DNA of 64,000 nt from Lingula anatina (GCA_051362555.1 CM120645.1:17670001-17734000), one strand, 5' to 3'; shown: positions 1 to 13,787, counted from the stretch's first letter. Numbers and translations are program-made. The notes: generated by a model not told the origin, from the letters alone.

Positions 1-989
1 AGCATCCTAAGCTAACTGTACCGATCGTTATCTTGCACCTGGGGCTACACACGTAGTACTCAGGTAAAGGTACGCTAGGGCAACATTGTTGACTGTTAGA
101 TCTTTATGAGCGCAAAAATAGCCCGATGGCTGATTTTAATGTGTACGTAATTCACGAAAATCAAGATCGCACAAACTTGCTTACTGGTCGAAATTCATGG
201 TCCATAAAAAACTCCAGACGACCGATTTTAAAATTGTTACAAATTTAAGAGCTGTTCGAAATTCATGGCACATTACCGTAAGATGAACCACTGTATGTAG
301 AATTTGTAGCATTCTAATGGGTAGATAGTGAGTTATTGCAGAGCATAGATTGTGGAAACCAGTTCAGAATGTCTCAGTATTGTCTGCAGAGCACCATTCT
401 GTACTATTCCTATCTCAGCAATTTTCTTAATGATCATATAAAAATGACTGTTAATTAATTATTTTATGTAAAAAAGTGTTGAAAAGTCATTTCAGTATAG
501 TTATCTCTTGTTGTCTGTACATTTGACAATTTTGCTGCCTTGTTTTAGCATTGTTGAAAAGAATTTTGGTGTTTGTATATTTATCAGCTTTGTTCTCTAG
601 TTTTAATTATTTTCTTTCATGACAAATAAGTTTTAATTATTTTATTTCTTTGAATTTTAGTGTTAGGAAATAGATATGGTATATTGTCAAAAAAGGAGAA
701 GATGGACTTAGAGAACTGATATGATACACTGTAAGATGTGCTATCCAGGAAGATTGCAGCTTCATGCAGTCACCCCATACTACTGTTATCTGATGTGCTT
801 TACAAAATGTGGCTGCCCAAAGCATCCCAAACCACTGTATAACCTGTAGAATAGATCAAGGTCATGAGGGCAGGCAAGTAAGAAAATCATTTTGGTCACT
901 TTACCACCTTATAATGCCAGATAAAACTTTGCTGCATATTGTATTCAATTTGGTATCTCTTGTTGTATTATGAAAATTTATTGAGCATT

Positions 990-3018
990 TAAACAACAAC
1001 AATTGCCGGAAAGACATTGAACATTGTGACGTCAACAATTGCTGTTGTATTATGGGAAGACATTGAACATTGTGAAGTCAACAATTGCTGTTGTATTATG
1101 GGAAGACATTAAACATTGTGACATCAACAATTGCTGTTGTATTATGGAAAGACATTGAACATTGTGAAGTCAACAATTGTTCTTGTATTATGGGAATTCA
1201 GACATTGGACATTGTGACATCAACAATTGCCCTTGTATTATGGGAAAACATTGAACACTGTGACATCAACAATTGCTGTTGTATTATGGGAAAACATTGA
1301 ACATTGTGACAAAATTGCTGTTGTATTATGGGAAGACATTGAACATTGTGACATCAACAATTGCTGTTGTATTATGGAAAGACATTGAACATTGTGACGT
1401 CAACAATTGCTGTTGTATGATGGGAAGACATTGAACATTGTGACGTCAACAATTGCTGTTGTATTGTGGGAAGACATTGAACATTGTGACATCAACAATT
1501 GCTGTTGTATTGTGGGAAGACATTGAACATTGTGACATCAACAATTGCTGTTGTATTGTGAGAAGACATTGAACATTGTAACATCAACAATTGCTGTTGT
1601 TTTATGGGAAGACATTGAACATTGTGACATCAACAGTTGCTCTTTTATTTTGGGAAGACATTGAATATTGTGACATCAACAATTGCTGTTGTTTTATGGA
1701 AAGACATTGAACATTGTGATGTCAACAATTGCTGTTGTTTTATGGAAAGACATTGAACATTGTGACATCAACAATTGCTGTTGTATTATGGGAAGACATT
1801 GAACATTGTGACATCAACAATTGCTGTTGCTTTATGGAAAGACAGTGAACATTGTGACATCAACAATTGGTGTTGTATTATGAGAAGACATTGAACATTG
1901 TGATGTCAACAATTGCTGTTGTTTTATGGAAAGACATTGAACATTGTGACATGAACAATTGCTGTTGTATTGTGGGAAGACATTGAACATTGTGACATCA
2001 ACAATTGCTGTTGTATTGTGGGAAGACATTGAACATTGTGACATCAACAATTGCTGTTGTATTGTGGGAAGACATTGAACATTGTGACATCAACAATTGC
2101 TGTTGTATTATGGGAAGACATTGAACATAGTGACAAAATTGCTGTTGTATTATGGGAAGACATTGAACATTGTGACATCAACAATTGCTGTTGTATTATG
2201 GAAAGACATTGAACATTGTGACGTCAACAATTGCTGTTGTATGATGGGAAGACATTGAACATTGTGACGTCAACAATTGCTGTTGTATTGTGGGAAGACA
2301 TTGAACATTGTGACATCAACAATTGCTGTTGTATTGTGGGAAGACATTGAACATTGTGACATCAACAATTGCTGTTGTATTGTGAGAAGACATTGAACAT
2401 TGTAACATCAACAATTGCTGTTGTTTTATGGGAAGACATTGAACATTGTGACATCAACAGTTGCTCTTTTATTTTGGGAAGACATTGAATATTGTGACAT
2501 CAACAATTGCTGTTGTTTTATGGAAAGACATTGAACATTGTGATGTCAACAATTGCTGTTGTTTTATGGAAAGACATTGAACATTGTGACATCAACAATT
2601 GCTGTTGTATTATGGGAAGACATTGAACATTGTGACATCAACAATTGCTGTTGCTTTATGGAAAGACAGTGAACATTGTGACATCAACAATTGCTGTTGT
2701 ATTATGAGAAGACATTGAACATTGTGACATCAACAATTGCTGTTGTATTATGGGAAAACATTGAAGATTGTGACAACAACAATTGCTGTTGTATTATGGG
2801 AAAACATTGAACATTGGGACATCAACAATTGCTGTCATATTATGGGAAGACATTGAACATTGGGACATCAACAAATGCTGTTGTATTGTGGGAAGACATT
2901 GAACATCGTGACATCAACAATTGCTGTTGTATTATGGGAAGACATTGAACATTGGGACATCAACAATTGCTGTTGTATTATGGGAACACATTGTGACATC
3001 AGCAATTGCTGTCATATT
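990..3018. repeat. 46-bp tandem satellite (~44 copies) with an 824-bp higher-order duplication
   Basis: Unit GAAGACATTGAACATTGTGACATCAACAATTGCTGTTGTATTATGG; CATTGA recurs at 1015 and 1061. Diagnostic variants recur 824 bp apart (AAAATT 1311/2135; CAACAGTTGCTCTTTT 1631/2455). Confidence 0.97.
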
Positions 3019-3386
3019 ACACTCGGAACTACTTGGATGTCTCCGCACTCGACAATAACCTCGGACGTAATACGGAGGCAGCCATATTTGATTGTTGATT
3101 GTTGGGAAGGAACTACTTTCAACCTCGCGCTAATTTAAACCTAATTATTTCAACGCCTGTATCTATTTATCCTTTAAATCAAAGTCAATCTTAGTGCATT
3201 GTTTGGCAAACTGTAAATCATCATAAAAAGCAGTGGTATTAACAGCCATCTTTATGATCGGAAAAACCGAATTGAGTAAGAAGGCATTTCCGGCGAACAA
3301 AATGCATGGATTTGGTGCATATTTCTCTGCCTATCACATCCGAGGTTAGTATGGAGCTTGCGGAATTGGCCGAGGATTGCCGATTG
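3019..3386. mobile_element. Short non-autonomous element with imperfect TIRs inserted in the 46-bp satellite
   Basis: Flanked by direct GTCATATT (3011-3018, 3387-3394). The left part (CTCCGCA...TAACCTCGGACGT) resembles the reverse complement of the right part, and the satellite resumes after it. Confidence 0.6.
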
Positions 3387-3394
3387 GTCATATT

Positions 3395-3622
3395 GAAGAC
3401 ATTGAACATTGTGACGTCAACAATTGCTGTTGTATTATGGGAAGGCATTGAACATTGTGATGTCAACAATTGTCGTTATATTATGTGAAGACATTGTAAA
3501 TAGTGACATCAACAATTGCTCTTTTATTTTGGGAAGACATAGAACATTGTAACATCAACAATTGCTGTTGTATTATGGAAAGACATTGAACATTGTGACA
3601 TGGACTATTGCTGTTGTATTAT
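3395..3622. repeat. Continuation of the 46-bp satellite (~5 copies)
   Basis: Same unit as 990-3018. Confidence 0.95.
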
Positions 3623-3795
3623 TGGCAATCCTCGACTGACTCCGCAAGCTCTATACAAACCTCGGACGTGATAGGTGTAGGAATATGCATCAAATCGATA
3701 CATTTTTCTGTTGGAACTGCCTTTTCACTCAAGTGACTTTCCATTACCCCTGATTTTTATGAAGCTTTGCAATTTTCTTAATAATGTACTCATAG

Positions 3796-4693
3796 CAGAT
3801 CCAAACATTGAAATCTTTGTATGACGGATATGATACTTTGGCAGTTTTACCCACGGGCTTTGGTAAAAGAATAATTTTCCATTTCCTTCCCTTCCTATTT
3901 CAGAGGAAACTTGGACGACAGCAACAAATGATTTGTTTAATAGTTATGCCGTTAAATTCGATTATGCAGGATCAAGTCTAATCTTTATCGAAGCATGGTA
4001 TACCTGCTTGTTTTATGAATATTGAAGGAATGGGTGTCAAAGGTATGTGCGTTTTGAGGTCTTCCGAATAAAAATCAACAAGAGTTCAAATTTATATATA
4101 TATACTTCTTAGTTATAAAACGTCTAAACAATTTGCAAGAAGACTTTTATAGATTAAAATATTTATTTATTTATTTATAGTTAACATGAAAATACAGTAT
4201 ATATAGGATAAAAAAAAAGCCTTGTACTAACAGGGACGTATCTACTAACGTACTATATATATATTATAGGTTCATGTTAGTACAAGGCTGGAAATGTATA
4301 TCTGGCTGTCTTCATATTTCATTGGGTATTTAAAACACATTTTCCTCATTTTTACCTTAAAATTATGTCGCAATATTGGTCAATAATCATAAACTTGACT
4401 AAGGAATAGTTGTAAAGCACATTAAAAGAATTGAAGAAAAAAACTTGTAAGCCTCTCATATTTACTAGAAGTTCACCTAAAAGCAATCCAATTACAGTTT
4501 TAAAGATGGTGACTCCGAAAGAGTTGACAATCTCTTAATTTCATGTGCCCTATTACAAGATGTAAAGAATGGTAAATTTTGTTTGATATATGCACATCCT
4601 GAGACTTTTGTGGAAAGAAGGACTCAAAAGTAAATTATACCAAGAAAGAGTCTGTACCGTTGTTGTAGATGAGGTTCACATCATTTCAGAATG
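3796..4693 (+). pseudogene. RecQ-family (SF2) helicase N-terminal fragment, two exons (3796-4042, 4498-4693), probably from an AcademH-type DNA transposon
   Basis: Manual translation: DTLAVLPTGFGK (motif I), IVMPLNSIMQDQV*SLSKHGI (motif Ia, stop at 3979), LIYAHPE, VVVDEVHIISEW (motif II). GT donors at 4043 and 4694, AG acceptor at 4497; exon 2 is frameshifted. Not in the ORF track. Confidence 0.85.
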
Positions 4694-5153
4694 GTAAGCA
4701 AATATAAGTAAGGTTACAAAAAAATGTGCATTTCTGGTAGTCCGACCAACTCTAATTTTACCCATTGACCCTTCTTTTTATTCAAAAGTCGTATTTTAAA
4801 ACTAGTAATTTTTTTAATAGCATGGCCATTAAAATGCATGTGTCAGATGCTGTAAAAAAAAAAGTGCCTATCCAAGTGTTTTATAGTACACATGTTTTGT
4901 TTGTTTATTCAAATATATATGTATATATATATATATATATGACCAAAAAAAAATTTGGCATGTTTCCAGAAACAATATTTTTTATTTGACTGAATAATAA
5001 AAATTTAGATTCAATCATATATACTAAAACATTTGTCAAGGTAGAAGGTTCGATTCCTTCCCTAAGCTTCAAAACACAAGTTGTTGGTTGGCAAGTGGGC
5101 AAATTGCTTAGTGGCCCTGCCTTGACTAATTTTTATAGTGTTTATAACAGTGT

Positions 5154-5349
5154 GTAAATATGATGATGGTTTACTCAAACTGCCAGTGTTAATATTTGGG
5201 TTTTATGTAAATATGATGGTTTACTCAAACTGCCAGTGTTAATATTTGGGTTTTATGTAAATATGATGATGGTTTACTCATAATGCCAGTGTTAATATTT
5301 GGGTTTTATGTAAATATGATGATGGTTTACTCATACTGCCAGTGTTAAT
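5154..5349. repeat. 50-53-bp minisatellite (~3.7 copies)
   Basis: GGTTTACTCA recurs at 5168, 5218, 5271 and 5324. Confidence 0.9.
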
Positions 5350-5744
5350 GAATGGTTGTGTTCAGTTGATAGATTAAAATATTGAAAGAGTACAGACACA
5401 GTAGTATTGATGGCTGGCCAGAAAAACCAAACCAAACAAAAATGATTGAAACAATGAAAAACACATTTTACTACTATTATAGTAAGGTGGAAGGTGAAAA
5501 TACCTGTTGAGGTGAAAATACCTGTTGAGGTGAAAATATCTGATTTTTTAAAAGAATTTTACAATTCTTGTGTCATCTCTGTGGCCTATAGATGCCACTG
5601 AATCTGCTCCATACTAACAGCATAGAAGATATGTGTTTAATGTGTGTTTATATACAGGCACTATATTTGTGTCTTTATATTCTCTCTCTGGGCTTATTCT
5701 CACAGACACCATAGGTCTACATAGAGTGATCCAACTCTGTGACT

Positions 5745-5882
5745 GGACTCTCGCAAAGTGCAATCAGCTTAATTGAATGACATGCCTCTGCAGGCATTGA
5801 ATAGAATACAAAATAGCTTCTGATTATGCAAGTATGTTGAGGCATGTCATTCACTTCAGCTGGTTGCACTCAGTAAGAGTTC
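5745..5882. mobile_element. Small hairpin / MITE-like inverted repeat
   Basis: GAATGACATGCCTC ... GAGGCATGTCATTC, with outer arms GTGCAATCAGCT / AGCTGGTTGCAC. Confidence 0.6.
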
Positions 5883-6094
5883 TTGCAAATCTATGATCAA
5901 TGTCAGATTTGTTGTTTAGTTGATTTTTCACTTCAGATTTTTGGCACATTTCTTGTAATTATGGGTGGTTACTGAGACTCTGGACGCCATCGTTGATCAT
6001 CTGGACCTGTTGTCATGGAGATCAGGGTGACAGACAAACTCCAGACCATATGGTGCCACAGCTGACAGCTGAGGTAAAACTGCTCCCTGTGGTT

Positions 6095-6125
<31 letters not shown>

Positions 6126-6442
6126 TCAAAACAAATATAGACCTATATCAGCAGCAGTTCTATCATCTGCATAGCGGACAACATAAAAAAAAATGTCACA
6201 TTTGCTTACTAAAATGATTCCTGCAGTTGGGTATTTAATATATATTTTTTACAGTGTAATAATATCTTTATTTAAAGGCATATTGATCAATTAAAGCAAT
6301 GGATATCTTTTGAAGGAATATTGTGAAAATTTTCCAGATTCATCAACAGAAAAGCAGCTTGGGGGCCCACATTCCTATCAATGTGACAGCAAGGACAAAT
6401 CTGGTTCAGTTCATCAAATACAAATCTTGACCCGTAGATTAA

Positions 6443-6710
6443 CTTAGACCCTTTCCCATACCTAGATCAATCTAGCAGGATCGACCCCTCCCCGTATTCT
6501 CCGGATTCTCATTAAATTACATTCTGATTAAGCAGCTTAGATGTCTGGCACACCTACTGAAGCTGTTAAATGATAGTTAATTACCCTCTTACAGCTACAG
6601 TAGGCGTGCCAGACATCAGAGCCACTTAAGCTGAATGTACTTTAGTGAGAAACCCTTTGGAGATGGGTCGATCCTGCTAGATCGATCTAGGTACGGGAAT
6701 AGGGCCTGAG
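6443..6710. mobile_element. ~265-bp fold-back MITE
   Basis: TACCTAGATCAATCTAGCAGGATCGACCC pairs with GGGTCGATCCTGCTAGATCGATCTAGGTA; inner GATGTCTGGCACACCTACTG pairs with CAGTAGGCGTGCCAGACATC. Confidence 0.8.
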
Positions 6711-9187
6711 ACATGTTTTTCTTCTCAAGTGACTTAAAACTGGGCAGTAATTTGGATCAGAGAAATAATTAGAGTGTAGCACATCAAGTTAAAAGCTTTC
6801 TGGTATTAGATCAGTTTTATATCAGGCAACACTGATATTAGCATTAATATATTTTCATTTTTTTTTCAACTTTTATAATGGTCCCATTGGATGATTCATG
6901 TTTTCACAAGAGACTGATGTAAAACTTGCTTTTGTTTTTAGCCCTTTCTTTCAAAATTAAATATCAAAATGTGTGGGGCTGTTTTGTTTGTTTAAACTTT
7001 GACCCACAAACTGAGACAACCAAGTGATAAAATTTCCATTCTGTTTGCTTATGAGCAATATTATAATGATTTGATGAAATTGTTTTTGTGAGGTTTAAGT
7101 TGTGAACACCACATTGAATTGGTTTGATTTGATTAAACTTTGTATGAAAGTATACTTTTCAATCAATTACATTGTTTTAAATCTGTGTTGATGTTAATAA
7201 TTAATAACATAAATTTCCTTTATTTTTTGTGAAGCTAAAGATGTTATGTTGTTTGAAATATGGATTATTGGTTTGATTTAACTAGAATGTGTACATTGTA
7301 TGGTAGTGGTGTGGATGTTTAAAAGAATTAGAATCTTAATTATATTTATCTATTCATGGGGGGGGGGGGGTACTGAACCCTTACTGATTCAAATGGATTT
7401 CATATATTTTCTACTTGAATTAAGACGGTTTTTATATATTCCTTTTTATAAAGCATTTCCTATAATGTAAATGTTAGTTTACTACAACTTCAGTTTTACC
7501 AACAAATGCACATCGTAGTTTTCTAACGTTCCATACAACGTCTGAATAAATTGGTGAAAACGTTTTCTAACGTATCTGGTTGCTCTACCTAAATCACACC
7601 TAACACTTTCCTTTCGTTTTCTGGGTTAAGTAGCGTAGTTTATGAAAGCACTGCCCTAGTATCTTCACGTGACAGACCGGGGCCACAATACACCTCTGGT
7701 GTAGGGAAAGATTGAACTGATTTCAGACGAGATGTAAGTCCTGGAATGATAATGGAAAAAGTTGAATTTATTGCTTCACTTTTATCGTACTCCCATTTTT
7801 ACGTATCCTCTTACATCAGAATTCTAATTTTTACTACATTGTATATTAGCGTTAACCCGCCCTGTGATATCAGGGTCTCTAAAATAGTATACAATAGTAT
7901 ACAGTCCCTTTCAACAATTTTGTAACAGACTTCTATCGCACATTATGGTCCGAGAGAAGCGTTACACAATAATTGTGCGCGTATCGTTGGCTTAAAATAT
8001 TGATAAGTTGACGCCCATCACGATAGTTACAAATTGATATCAATCACGCTCGTTAAACGTCGTAACGTCTCAAGCAATGTGAATAAATTATAATTATCTT
8101 GAAGCTCCCGCCTGGAAACTCACTGTTCTATTTATTCATGATTTTACACGAGACCACGCCTTTCCTTGTGGTAATTTCCACGTGATTCCATTTATCTTTT
8201 TTAATTACCCCAAAACTAAATTTTATATACAATGTAGTGACCTTCACGTCAGTCGAAATCAAGTAAAGTCCGATACGTATAATTCTTCAAAATAAAAGAT
8301 AATATACATATCGTTAACTAAATTTGATGCTGTTTAAAACATGCGGAAACAACTCGAAAACTGGATTAAAAGTGAAGGAGAGGGAGCTAATGTTCAGATT
8401 TACGCATCGGATATTATTCTCGGAAATGATGATAAGAAAATAAATCTACTTATTTTTCAGGTAAAATAATACATTTACAGAAAATCAAAATATGGAGGGC
8501 ATCCGTAATACAGGGACATCGAATGTTTTCTGAACTAAAAAATAATTATTTGCTTGTCTTTATATGTATTTATTTTATACAGTAGTTACACGTAGCACGC
8601 ATACAGGTATGTATGTACAGTATGCGTATGTTTTTGAGAAATGTGTATGTGAGAAGTGATTTGTATTGTATTGTACATTGTAATGTTTATTTCTTCAGTC
8701 TAATTAAAGAAAATATACATACAATTTTTAGAGAGCGTACGCGTCTGTAATTAAACTCATCACAAGCATCTGTAAGTAGCAGGTCATGGGAACGAGAAGT
8801 GTAATTTAAACGAATCTGCAGATTGTTACTTTTCATGAAATTTGTATGTGTAACTTATTCAAAATAAAGGAAATGTTTGCACACACTTGTAGAAAAGTGC
8901 ACGACTGCCAGGGTGGTTTTATTTGGTGGTGGGTCGAGGGGGGGGGGGTAGAGAGTTCGAGGCCCATCTCGCCATTTTGTTTTGGTCATTTCCTATAAGT
9001 CCAGATTAGGGCGTTTTATGTTTACCTTGTTTCTTTTTTAAACTAGTGAAATAAGATAAAAATTAATTCAACCAATAAAAATATTGGAAATCTTAATATC
9101 GGATTTTTTTTTCATTTGAGACATAAAACTAAATAAAGAACTGAATATTATAATATTTATAAGCTATAGGCTTAAAAGTGGAATTAA

Positions 9188-9524
9188 AGGCATAATAACT
9201 CTTTGTATGAGACCTACATTTCACAATAAAAACCTTGTGAATAACTCATAGAAATATAATATATTCTGTTTTACCACAAAAACAGCAGTTATAGCTTTTA
9301 TTCTGATATTTGAACTTGTCTTTAGACCACGTGACCTCCATTGATATCTATACTCTGTTAAAATCTCTTAAGAGATTTTAACAAAAAACCAAACTTTTTA
9401 GAAAAAAACCAGGGACTAACTTTGAATGTAAAAATGGATTCATTAACCATTGGTAAGTATGGGAAAATTGTTGTTTACTCCAGGAAAATTCATTTTTTGG
9501 CCGAAACGAAGAGTTATTATTGCT
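9188..9524. mobile_element. Kolobok-like MITE (TTAA TSD)
   Basis: TTAA at 9184-9187 and 9525-9528; termini AGGCATAATAACTC / GAGTTATTATTGCT. About 180 bp is shared in inverted orientation with 45051-45220. Confidence 0.7.
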
Positions 9525-10480
9525 TTAATATTAGATACTTAGAGAGAAAAAACTACTTAAAACGTTTATCCCCTTAAAATCAGAAATCTAATATCGTCGG
9601 TGAAAAATAAAAAGAGAATTTGCTGAATGGGTTTGTGTGTGCGTGTGTTCAAATTCACAATCTATTTAAAGAATATTAAAATAAAAGTATTTTGTGGTAA
9701 TTTTCCTTACATCTGATCTACGGTATAAATGGGTGATGTAAAGAATTCTAATGAGGAAAAGTGAGTAAAATGCAAGTAAACGGATTAGGCGTTTACTGAC
9801 ACTAGCCGCAGATCTTTCAGCACTAACGCTCATATTTAACCACAAAATTGACAAATTAACCAACACACCACACACTTATTTAGCACCAACAAAACGATAT
9901 CTAGCACTAACATTCATCCGCCCTGGTAGTACTGCAAGACTAAAATCTCAGGTAAACATTTAGCTTCGTTGAGCGACCCATACTCCATTACCCATACACC
10001 TTTAAAATATCAATACATTCGTAATGTCAGACAAAACTTCGTTCGCACTGAGAGGTACATTTTTAAGTTAAAACTGGAACTCTTTGTGAGGTCTTATAAC
10101 ACGTAAGTACTCTGAAGAGGCTTTTACTACTTTCTGCAACTTTTCTGAACTTTTCTTCCCGCTTTAAAGCTGCTAATTTACAGTGTATCACCCAACCGTG
10201 TTGAGAGAGGAGGGAGGGTGTCCCTTTTGGTAACACTCTTACGTACATTCCAAGCCATTGAATTGTCTCTTAAAATGGACCGGTCCAGTAAAAAGTACCG
10301 CTTTTCGGAAGCCGACCTCAATTCAGACTCAAAAGATAACTCTTACCTGTCATCTCAGTTTACAATCTTTGGGAACTGTCACAGATAAAAAGTTCGTAAA
10401 CTGGCAACTCACATACATGTATCACATATTGCCTTTAAAACTTCGAAAATAAATCACTGCATAGCCAAGAAAATCATATA

Positions 10481-11746
10481 GGGGAGACCGGGGCTAGTTG
10501 GACCCCGGGGTAAGTTGGCCCCCCGTCAATTTATGAAAAAGTAACTACGAGGTAAAAAAATTGGCCACATACTCTTGTAAAGTGACCGTAGCCTATAATG
10601 CTAAGGAAGTGTCGGACGTTAAAAAGTTTAACTTAAGCGGTGAGTCGAAATAAACTTTTTTTGCACCTAAAAGTAATTTTGTTTAAGAGATTTAAAAATC
10701 TATTTTCACATGCTTTTGATCGAATATATGATATGTATAGGGCATCAAACTGAAGCTCATTGTTTCAAGTTTCACGGAGATGTATCATCGTTGCTCATTC
10801 TAGCACCATAAATGGCTAACATCCTTTAAAATAAATCATGTGCACCCGGGGCTAGTTGGCCCCCTTGACTCGGGGCAAGTTGGACCCTCACATTACCCAC
10901 AATCCTTTGCGCGCAACGCTGTTTGAAATAAACAAGTTGGTGAAATTGACAAAGTTTGCCGGTGTCTATTACCGTCTGATTGATTTTATTTAATTTGCTC
11001 TCTGGTGTCTTTTTGAAAATTTATATTAGAAATGTTCTGTTGATTGTATGTATTAAAAAGCGAAACTTTCTTTAGAAAAACATTTAATTTGCCTTAATTC
11101 ATTGTAAGGGGATTCAATTTGTATTTAGAGTGTTATGTGGCCCCAAGGGGATTTTCCACCCCTCCCTAGCTAGAGACCATTGTTGAAACAAACTGAATTT
11201 GTTACTTTCTTTTCATACGAAATTTATTAGTCGTTTTCATTCGTTAAAAACCTGCTTTATACCATTATTAATTTATTCTTAATTAAAACAAAACAAATTT
11301 TATTGATAGATATTTTGGTTCTTGCAACACATACCCCCCCCCCCCTACAACGTGACGTACGGAAACCTAAAAAAAAATCTGCCTCATTTGAACTATTTAT
11401 TCATCGAAGACTCTCAAAAATCAATTTAATAAATTAAAAATTTATAAAAATTTATTTCAAGGCGTTTACATGGGATATATACTTCATTTTCGTATAGGGG
11501 GGGCCAACTTGCCCCGACCCTGGGGCCAACTTGCCCCGTGGCGGGGCAAGTTGGCCCCCCTGACGTCAACTGCGTTTTTTGTCAAATCGTGAGCCATCTG
11601 GCATTATGTTTGAAAAATAATGGCGTTGCATACGTAGCTTAGTTCATAGGGCTTACTCTGAAACCGGTTTTGTTACTCTAACCCATTCCTAGTTGGCTCT
11701 ACAAGGCCAAAAGTGTCTAACGGGGCCAACTAGCCCCGGTCTCCCC
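10481..11746. mobile_element. Non-autonomous TIR element, Tc1/mariner-pogo-like (TA TSD)
   Basis: Perfect TIR GGGGAGACCGGGGCTAGTTGG / CCAACTAGCCCCGGTCTCCCC with TATA on both flanks; repeated subterminal GGGGC(A/T)AGTTGG motifs; no ORF. Confidence 0.88.
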
Positions 11747-13329
11747 TATAAGTTATGCACCGCTCCTGTCCGTAATGAATACACTAATAGATCATACAAT
11801 ACAAATATGCTATATTCTACCATGGCCAGGGAGCCGAAGTGTGAGGAGGACAGCCAATATGACCAATAGGCAGTCCTTCTACTCTCCTCCAGGGTTAGGC
11901 TGTGGGACGGGTGGCGTTTCATTATTTTTGTTATCAAAGTTTCTCGCTGGACAACATAAAAACTGGTGCAGCATTAGACAGAAAAATATCTGTGACATTT
12001 GAATGAAGAATTCTCTGTGTGGCCCTGGTAGAGGTTACTACTGTCCTTTCAACAATACAAGCGAGATAAGACTCCAGCCGATTCCGATGCCGTCTCAACC
12101 ATTATTGTGACGGATTCCACAGATATCACCCAATTGTGTTAGTGAAGACATAACGTGAGACTGGAGGGGGGGGGGGGGGAGATAGCATGTACGTGTATTG
12201 CAATGATTGGAGTGTTTGAAGGGGAATGTGGTGGTGGTGGGGGGGGGGGGGGGGATAACGGGGATGGATGTAGGAGAGAGTAGGGGAGACATACTTAAAT
12301 ATCAGTTCGTTACAGCAGTCGTACTAACTCACGGGGAACAGATATTTTCAGGTTGTCCCCGACAGCATCTAATTAGAGACTTCTAGAAACTCACCTCAGC
12401 ATACCTGTGGCAGTGTAAGTAGTAGTACCAGTGCATGTAGTAGTAGGCCTACAAGATGATGTAGTAGTAGTGAGAGTAGTAGTATAAGAGTAGTAGTATA
12501 GAAGGCGATTTATTACTGGCATAGGTTGTATATAAGTAATACTCACTGCACGTGACTGTGATGACAATACAATTAAATCTAGGAAACCAATCGATTGAGC
12601 AATGAGCGGATCTGGTTTCATTATCCTTATAACCCCCCCTCCCACCCCCCCCCCCCCCCCACACACACGCAAACACGCGCGCGCACAAACAGCTTTTGAT
12701 AATAATAAAAAAATATGAGACTGAAATTTCTCTCAGGTGCGCCCGCAAACATTTAAAAAAATTGTACGCATAATTCCAGACAAAATATATTAAAAATTTA
12801 CCACATATCCGATCCTAGGTTACATTTGTCGTATACGATGTCCCTATGGTGTCTATGTATTGCCCATATACTTGTGGGGCGTCCGTCACTTAACTTCATG
12901 GTCATGTGGGAAAAATTGTACGTCGCCTGTACCGAACGTAAGCATGCTAGCCCTAGACAACTACAGTACAAAATATACGAAAAATTTGATTTCGATTTCC
13001 TCGTACTGCGTCTGTGAAAAATGTAGCCTTGGCTGATAATGATAAGAACGCTGATAATGATAATCTCTCCAGAGGTGATTTCCGACTTTAGTTCTAGATG
13101 CTTGTGTGTAATTTAATATGGTCCACCAAAATGTTCCTGCTTGTAATTGAATTAATTTGGTTTTCGATTTTATAAATGTCTCAATTAGACCTATTTTAAC
13201 TTTTTCCCCTCTTTCGCACGCGTTTTAAACCTCTTAAACTTTCTTGCTACATGTAACCCAAAATATGAGTGGACATTTCAAATGAGCCATATTCCGCAGT
13301 TATTATGCTGTGGATATTATTTGCTTTTA

Positions 13330-13787
13330 CAGGGCCATAGCCTGAGCAAAATGCCGGGGGGGCAGTAAGGGGACACGAGGGGGCAAAGCACCCGAGGGGG
13401 GAGGGTGTGGGAAGGGGTGTCCCCCTCCCACGGTGTGGAAAATTTTAAAAAACTGTATGTATAATACTGCATTCCGGTGCATTTTAACTGTTATTTATTG
13501 CTCAATCAGAAGTCAGAAATTGTGGGTTCACTTTGCCATAAGTACAGTCATTTTTTCAACACAACACGCCAATTGGACTTTTTGGCATGAACTGAGTTGG
13601 CTAAAAACAGTACACCTTTGTAAACAGATTGTTGATCGATTGCCATGAGTGCATTTTCTCACAGAATTGATACCAACTTTGCAATTATTTTTTTTTACCT
13701 TTGCGATTATTTATTATTATTATTTTGCACCTCAAATGCAAGGTTGGGCAGCTGCCCCCCCTCTGCCCCCCGGAGGCTACGGCCCTG
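13330..13787. mobile_element. hAT-like MITE with 5-bp TSD
   Basis: TIR CAGGGCCATAGCC / GGCTACGGCCCTG; TTTTA directly on both sides (13325-13329, 13788-13792); second copy at 42668-43130. Confidence 0.8.

Noticed and set aside
990-3622. CRISPR-like regular array
   Set aside because: Head-to-tail monomers with no unique spacers, no cas genes and a eukaryotic context. The same applies to 26010-26569 and 31826-32121.
5035-5125. tRNA gene (GGTTCGATTCC B-box)
   Set aside because: No cloverleaf or A-box; at most a decayed SINE head.
12165-12690. G/C homopolymer runs and (GTA)n, (GT)n tracts here and at 14789, 43411 and 61212 as functional G4/Z-DNA elements
   Set aside because: Common simple repeats with no contextual support; lengths are error-prone.
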